A stretch of 64,000 nt of DNA from contig OY969715.1 of the NCBI GenBank assembly GCA_963702135.1, forward strand, positions 1,539,187 to 1,603,186. Direction: 5' to 3'. Shown here in pieces: positions 59,584 through 64,000 of this stretch (position 1 is its first letter; every line of letters begins with the position of its first letter). Both the position numbers and the translations under genes were made by a program. Under the pieces are notes generated by a model. It was not told the DNA's origin. It made no database searches and saw only the letters and a list, made by a program, of their open reading frames with translations. This DNA is from an uncultured Verrucomicrobiae bacterium. GTDB taxonomy: Bacteria; Verrucomicrobiota; Verrucomicrobiia; Chthoniobacterales; UBA10450.

Positions 59584-60291
59584 TCAAATGACTCCCTTGA
59601 CCGCATTTCCGGCGCTGGTCCACGTATCGAAAAAACTCAAATCATGGCGCTGGGATTTCGACACCGCGAGGATGCGATCGATCAGCTGAAGCAAATGCTG
59701 ACCACTGGTGAGGATCTGCTGGACGCTCCCGGCCTGGGCGTTTGTGAGTGCATGCTTTTGCAGCACCTGCGCGAAACCGAGCACGTGATTCATGGGCGTG
59801 CGCAGCTCGTGGCTGGCGCGCGACAGAAATTCTCCCTTGGCTTGGAGAGCAGTTTCAAGCGCCGTTGTCCGTTCGCGAACGCGGCGCTCGAGATCGTTGT
59901 TTGCCGTGCGCAGGTCCCCGTGCAGCCGGAGAATTCGCTCAGCCACGCGCACCCGCGCCGCCAGCGCCTGTTTTTCAAACGGCTTGGTGATAAAGTCGTC
60001 CACGCCGGCGGTCATCGCTTCCAGGAAATTCGTCTTCCCGGAGCGCGCAGTAAGCAGGATGACGTAGGTGTAGTCCGTCCGGCGCTCCGCCCTGATCCGG
60101 CGACAGAATTCCAGTCCATCGAGATCGGGCATCATCCAGTCCGAGATGATGAGCGGGAACTCGCCTCCCTCCCATGCGTTCCACGCTTCGCGGCCATCGC
60201 GGGCTTCGAACACGTCGTGATTAAGGTGGGTCAGCGCGGAGCCAAGCAGCCGTCGGGTAATGTCGTCGTCATCGGCGATGAGAATCTTCAT
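59584..60291 (-). CDS. receiver + DHp (HisKA) protein lacking a catalytic ATPase domain
   Basis: [10 protein letters not shown]...[13 protein letters not shown]...LLTA...TKP. Then [25 protein letters not shown]. The protein ends about 55 aa later with no N/G boxes. Confidence 0.8.
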   Translation of the reverse strand: MKILIADDDDITRRLLGSALTHLNHDVFEARDGREAWNAWEGGEFPLIISDWMMPDLDGLEFCRRIRAERRTDYTYVILLTARSGKTNFLEAMTAGVDDFITKPFEKQALAARVRVAERILRLHGDLRTANNDLERRVRERTTALETALQAKGEFLSRASHELRTPMNHVLGFAQVLQKHALTNAQAGSVQQILTSGQHLLQLIDRILAVSKSQRHDLSFFDTWTSAGNAVKGVI

Positions 60292-60420
60292 TTCTTGAAC
60301 ATAGATGTAGCGTGTCGAGTGCCTGCCTCATTGCGGTAAGTACGGACTCGCCGCGGCGGATTTTAGAAGCTCGGGCGCCTGTCATAAGCCGAGGCCGTTT
60401 CTGTCCAGAGGAAATCGCGG

Positions 60421-62436
60421 CTATTTCGCTGAAACGTTCGGCAATCGTTGCTGCGCGAAACGGAGATTATTCGCCGCCAGTTCGTAATCGGGCTTGAGAC
60501 GCAAGGCCTTCTCGCAGGCCTCAACCGCGTGACGATATTGGCCAAGCCGGTTATACGCGGCGCCGATATTGTTCCAGGCCTCCGGGTAGTTTGCTCGGAG
60601 CGAGAGCGCCGTTCTGCAGGCGGCGATCGAATCGTCAAAGCGCTCTGCTTGATAATACTCGAGACTCTGGTCCAGGTAGAATTCCGCCGTGGGCGGACGA
60701 TCGACTATCGCTTTCGCCTCAAGGAGAAGGTCACGCGCCATGATATCGGCTGGCGCCAATTCCACGGCCTGCATGGCCAGGCGCAACGCTTCCGCAGGAC
60801 GCGAATGCTTCAGTAGCCAGGCAGCATAGTAGGTGTGGGAGTCAGGGCTGTCTGGCGCCAGACTAAGCGCTTTTTTAAAATCGCGCTCCGCCTGCGCTAA
60901 CTGACCGTTGGCTCCTTCGGCAATGGCGATATTGATAAATAGAGTCGAGTAACGGGGTGCGATTACCTGGGCGCGGCGGAAGTAGCCTAGCGCGTCCGCG
61001 TAGTCGCCCTTCTTCATCAGGACGTTTCCGTAGTTCATCAGTCCCCGGGAATTGCCAGGACTCTTGCTCACGACATCGTGCCAGAGCGATTCGTTACTCA
61101 GCCACACCTTGTTGCGCTGGTTTGTGGCATACGCATTCCCGCAGAGGAAAAAAATGATTACGAAACTGCCCGCAACAGTGATCGGGCGGGGATAGCTCTT
61201 GCGCTCCTTGATGATCAACGAGGCAATGCCGCCCCCGGCAATGATCAACCCAATGTAGGGCATGAATGTCCGGTGATCATTCATCACTTCCGCCATCGGA
61301 AGGAGCGATGTCGGGAGCAGGCCGACAACGTACCACAAGAGCCCAAAGCCGATTACTCGCGTTCGCCGGCAGATCGATGCGGCGATGGCAGAGGCGGTCA
61401 AAAGCAGGGCAAACCCGAGACCGGTCAGAAAGCGCGGGTCTGCGGTTGTTGCGAATGGAGCCAGGTCGTAGTCGGCGGAGAGGCCACTGGGCCAGAGGAA
61501 CGTCTGGAAATAAAGGAGCGCGGAGTAGGGTTGCGTAATCAGGTAGCGCCAGCCATTTCCCGCGCCCGCAGTCCAATGCGACGGCGTCAGGAGTTGAACG
61601 AGAAAGAGCGCCGCGCCACTCGCCAGAAAAGCAGGGGCGATTTCGGTGAGATAACCGATGCAACGCTTCGCCCACGTCGCTCCCTTGGTTTCGGGCTCAT
61701 GAACGAGCAAAAGATAGATTGCAAAGAGAACGGGGAAGATGGCCGCCGGTGGTTTGGCCAACACGGCTATGGCTGCCGGCAGGACGTAAATGAAGGAGCG
61801 CCGTATTCGTGGAAAGGCGAAGTAAACCGCAAATGAGGCAACGATGCCGGCGGTGGATATGACGTCAGAGCACGCGATGATATAATTAACTGTGTCAGCA
61901 TTGGCGGGATGCAGCCCGTACCAACATGCGGCAATCAATCCGATCCACCCGTTCGCTGGGCCCGGGGATAATTTATCGAGGATGTGAACCAGAATATATC
62001 CAAGCAACAGCACCTGAGAAAGGAACAGCGGAAAGATCAGGGAATGAAACCAGAAGGGATTCAGCCCGCCGGCCAATGCATAACTGATGGCTAGCAGACT
62101 GGAAACCAGCGGCCGGTAGGATTGATTTGAGGGGAGAGAGCTGAAGGTGGTGCCGTCCTGAAAGAACTTCGGGATGTTTCCGAGCTTCTGGACAAAGACG
62201 TTATTAACGATGGTGTGCGCGTCATCGAACTGAAAGCCGTTGTGAAAGTGGTTGGAGTAGGCCAGCACCACAAGACCGGCGATCGCAAGGATGGCGAGGA
62301 AATGGGTCTTCCGTAACCGCCAACTCAAGATAAACCGCGATACGACTGTCACCTGGCTACCGCCAACGAAACCACCCCTCCGGTCTGCCCGGAGAGGTGG
62401 CTCGAAACAGGCAGACTGACCGCTGCTGTTCAACAT
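60421..62436 (-). CDS. TMTC-like GT-C membrane glycosyltransferase homologue with C-terminal TPR repeats
   Basis: First-loop motif NGFQFDDAHTIVNN...SYRPL, as in eukaryotic TMTC/PMT-type enzymes (from memory). About 10 TM segments. The C-terminal approximately 230 aa form TPR repeats (ALGYFRRAQVIAP, AERDFKKALSLAP, AVEACEKALRLKP). Confidence 0.82.
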   Translation of the reverse strand: MLNSSGQSACFEPPLRADRRGGFVGGSQVTVVSRFILSWRLRKTHFLAILAIAGLVVLAYSNHFHNGFQFDDAHTIVNNVFVQKLGNIPKFFQDGTTFSSLPSNQSYRPLVSSLLAISYALAGGLNPFWFHSLIFPLFLSQVLLLGYILVHILDKLSPGPANGWIGLIAACWYGLHPANADTVNYIIACSDVISTAGIVASFAVYFAFPRIRRSFIYVLPAAIAVLAKPPAAIFPVLFAIYLLLVHEPETKGATWAKRCIGYLTEIAPAFLASGAALFLVQLLTPSHWTAGAGNGWRYLITQPYSALLYFQTFLWPSGLSADYDLAPFATTADPRFLTGLGFALLLTASAIAASICRRTRVIGFGLLWYVVGLLPTSLLPMAEVMNDHRTFMPYIGLIIAGGGIASLIIKERKSYPRPITVAGSFVIIFFLCGNAYATNQRNKVWLSNESLWHDVVSKSPGNSRGLMNYGNVLMKKGDYADALGYFRRAQVIAPRYSTLFINIAIAEGANGQLAQAERDFKKALSLAPDSPDSHTYYAAWLLKHSRPAEALRLAMQAVELAPADIMARDLLLEAKAIVDRPPTAEFYLDQSLEYYQAERFDDSIAACRTALSLRANYPEAWNNIGAAYNRLGQYRHAVEACEKALRLKPDYELAANNLRFAQQRLPNVSAK

Positions 62437-62445
62437 CGGAGCGTC

Positions 62446-64000
62446 CTACTTCGCATTGGCAACTTTCGTTGGTCTCGCCCGATTCTGTTCCATGCGGACG
62501 GTGACTCTCTGGAGTTGATCGTTTTGCTCTTTGACCTTGGCGGTGAGGATCTCAATGCTCTTCCGCTGTTCGGCGACCAGGGCCTTGAACTCATCACGCT
62601 GCTGCGCGATCGCTGTATCCATCGCCTTGATGTCTTGATTAATCTGACCGAAGGCGGGTGCTCCGGTGCCAAGTTTGCCATTGGCGTCGATGACCACGAA
62701 ATCGCCGTCCGTTACCGTGACACCGCTGATTCCGGCAATAAAAGTGGCGGTGTGACTTGTTCCGATGCGGATGGTATTCGACTCCGAGGCGGTGGCGCCT
62801 GGGTGACCGATATCGATATTATTGGTTCCGGTGGCGAGGGTTATTCCGGCACCGCTACCCAACGCGATGTTGTCATGACCGGTCGTATTGTTGCCAAGGG
62901 CTTGATAACCAACAGCGGAATTGTTAAGCCCCGTCGTGTTGCGATAAAGGACTTGGAAACCAGTGGCCGCGTTTTGATAGCCCGTTGAATTGGTGTAGAG
63001 AGCCTGATAACCGCTAGCTGCATTGCTATAGCCCGTTGTATTGCCAAACAGTGCGAAAGCGCCCAAGGCAGTGTTTTCTGCGCCTGAACTTGGAGTAGTG
63101 CAACTTGAGACGTTCAGTGCTCCAGTGCCGTTGGCTGTATTGTTGCCCGCCAATGTGCACGCACCTGCGCCATCGACACCGTTGGCGCCCGTCGCACCGC
63201 CAGGTCCGGTTGCGCCATCATTTCCTGCAATGCCTCGCTCTCCTGAGGTGCCCTCAGCGCCCGCAGCGCCAGGCGTGCCCGGCTCGCCTTGCGGACCCGT
63301 TGGTCCGGTTGCGCCTGTTGGTCCCGTTGCACCAACTAATCCGTCAGCGCCCGTCGCACCCGCAGCGCCGTCGCTACCGGCAGTGCCTTGAGGACCCATT
63401 GGGCCAACTGCGCCATCGTTACCGGCAGTGCCTTGAGGTCCCATTGGGCCAACTGCACCATCGCTGCCGACAGTGCCTTGAGGACCCATTGGGCCGACTG
63501 CACCGTCGCTACCGGCAGTGCCTTGAGGACCCATTGGGCCAACTGCACCATCGCTGCCGACAGTGCCTTGAGGACCCATTGGGCCAACTGCGCCATCGTT
63601 ACCGGCGGTACCTTGAGGACCCATTGGGCCAACTGCGCCGTCGTTACCGGCAGAACCTTGAGGTCCAATTGGGCCTGCAACACCTTGAGCTCCAGCAGGG
63701 CCAGCAGCACCGTCGCTGCCGGCTGTACCTTGAGGACCCATTGGGCCGGCCGCGCCATCCGAACCATTAGTTCCGTTGGCGCCAGCAGGGCCCGCGGCTC
63801 CAGCTGGACCAACTGCGCCGTCGTTACCGGCAGAACCTTGAGGTCCTACTGGGCCTGCAACACCTTGAGCTCCAGCAGGGCCGACCGCACCATCGTTACC
63901 GGCAGTGCCTTGAGGACCCATTGGGCCGACCGCACCATCGTTGCCAGCAGTTCCTTGAGGACCCATTGGGCCGACCGCGCCGTCCGAACCGTTAGTTCCG
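62446..64000 (-). CDS. collagen-like (GXY) surface/fibre protein, 5'-partial (continues beyond the window)
   Basis: More than 300 aa of uninterrupted G-X-Y triplets (GPMGPQGTAGNDGAV units). Then NTTG/YQAL-type head repeats, IRIGTSHTATFIAGI, and a C-terminal coiled coil. The frame is open to the window edge. Confidence 0.9.
   Translation of the reverse strand, partial: GTNGSDGAVGPMGPQGTAGNDGAVGPMGPQGTAGNDGAVGPAGAQGVAGPVGPQGSAGNDGAVGPAGAAGPAGANGTNGSDGAAGPMGPQGTAGSDGAAGPAGAQGVAGPIGPQGSAGNDGAVGPMGPQGTAGNDGAVGPMGPQGTVGSDGAVGPMGPQGTAGSDGAVGPMGPQGTVGSDGAVGPMGPQGTAGNDGAVGPMGPQGTAGSDGAAGATGADGLVGATGPTGATGPTGPQGEPGTPGAAGAEGTSGERGIAGNDGATGPGGATGANGVDGAGACTLAGNNTANGTGALNVSSCTTPSSGAENTALGAFALFGNTTGYSNAASGYQALYTNSTGYQNAATGFQVLYRNTTGLNNSAVGYQALGNNTTGHDNIALGSGAGITLATGTNNIDIGHPGATASESNTIRIGTSHTATFIAGISGVTVTDGDFVVIDANGKLGTGAPAFGQINQDIKAMDTAIAQQRDEFKALVAEQRKSIEILTAKVKEQNDQLQRVTVRMEQNRARPTKVANAK
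63360..64000 (-). repeat. in-frame 45-nt tandem repeats (15-aa collagen units) with a higher-order repeat of about 190 nt
   Basis: Six consecutive near-identical 45-nt units at about 63387-63656. 63640-63700 recurs at 63831-63890. Confidence 0.85.

Noticed and set aside
63105-63812. Periodic ORFs (LEDPLGQLRHRYRQC... on the plus strand; LKALPVATV... on the minus strand) in the collagen-repeat region.
   Set aside because: They are alternative-frame and antisense readings of the 45-nt GXY tandem repeat. The GXY frame is the only one continuous with the non-repetitive C-terminal domain.
63360-64000. Regularly spaced repeats considered as a possible CRISPR array.
   Set aside because: The units are contiguous 45-nt in-frame repeats without unique spacers. 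They encode collagen triplets, and there are no cas genes.

Overview
High-GC bacterial chromosomal window. The protein families suggest a soil Verrucomicrobiota- or Planctomycetota-type genome, but that is inference only. No rRNA, tRNA or CRISPR array was seen. There are four blocks. (1) 0.1-9 kb is an Rhs/YD-repeat polymorphic-toxin locus. The full-length Rhs has a Sec signal and an HExxH (aspzincin-like) C-terminal tip, followed by an ATGA-coupled secreted immunity candidate. Next comes a displaced orphan module (rhs core fragment, toxin tip, immunity candidate). This module is frameshifted exactly at the DPxGL boundary and is bracketed by about 127-bp direct repeats made of a 26-nt REP-like motif plus the 5' end of an IS200/RAYT-type (HUH Y1) transposase gene. 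A decayed RAYT gene and truncated gene fragments follow. (2) 9-19.3 kb holds envelope and housekeeping genes: rlpA, a PHP-GT4 fusion, a DUF2334 deacetylase-like gene, an EVE-domain gene, tmk and holB. The tmk-holB pair is flanked by two unusual nested perfect palindromes. (3) 19.3-60.3 kb is an unusually dense two-component signalling island with about 13 histidine-kinase-type genes and about 10 receiver proteins. It shows clear module shuffling: near-identical PAS, GAF and kinase-core segments recur within and between genes. It also contains several atypical architectures: an ethylene-receptor-like TM domain lacking Cu ligands, an MHYT kinase, an XRE-REC fusion, a REC-pseudokinase, a REC-DHp protein without an ATPase domain, a REC-Cys4/His output protein, and a TonB receptor/YfiR-like/hybrid kinase operon. 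(4) 60.4-64 kb holds a TMTC-like GT-C/TPR membrane glycosyltransferase homologue directly downstream of a collagen-like (GXY) surface protein with 45-nt tandem repeats, which runs off the window. The best candidate for a new system is the Rhs locus: toxin tip, envelope immunity, and REP/RAYT-bracketed orphan cassette. All family assignments come from motif recognition by eye and need profile searches.
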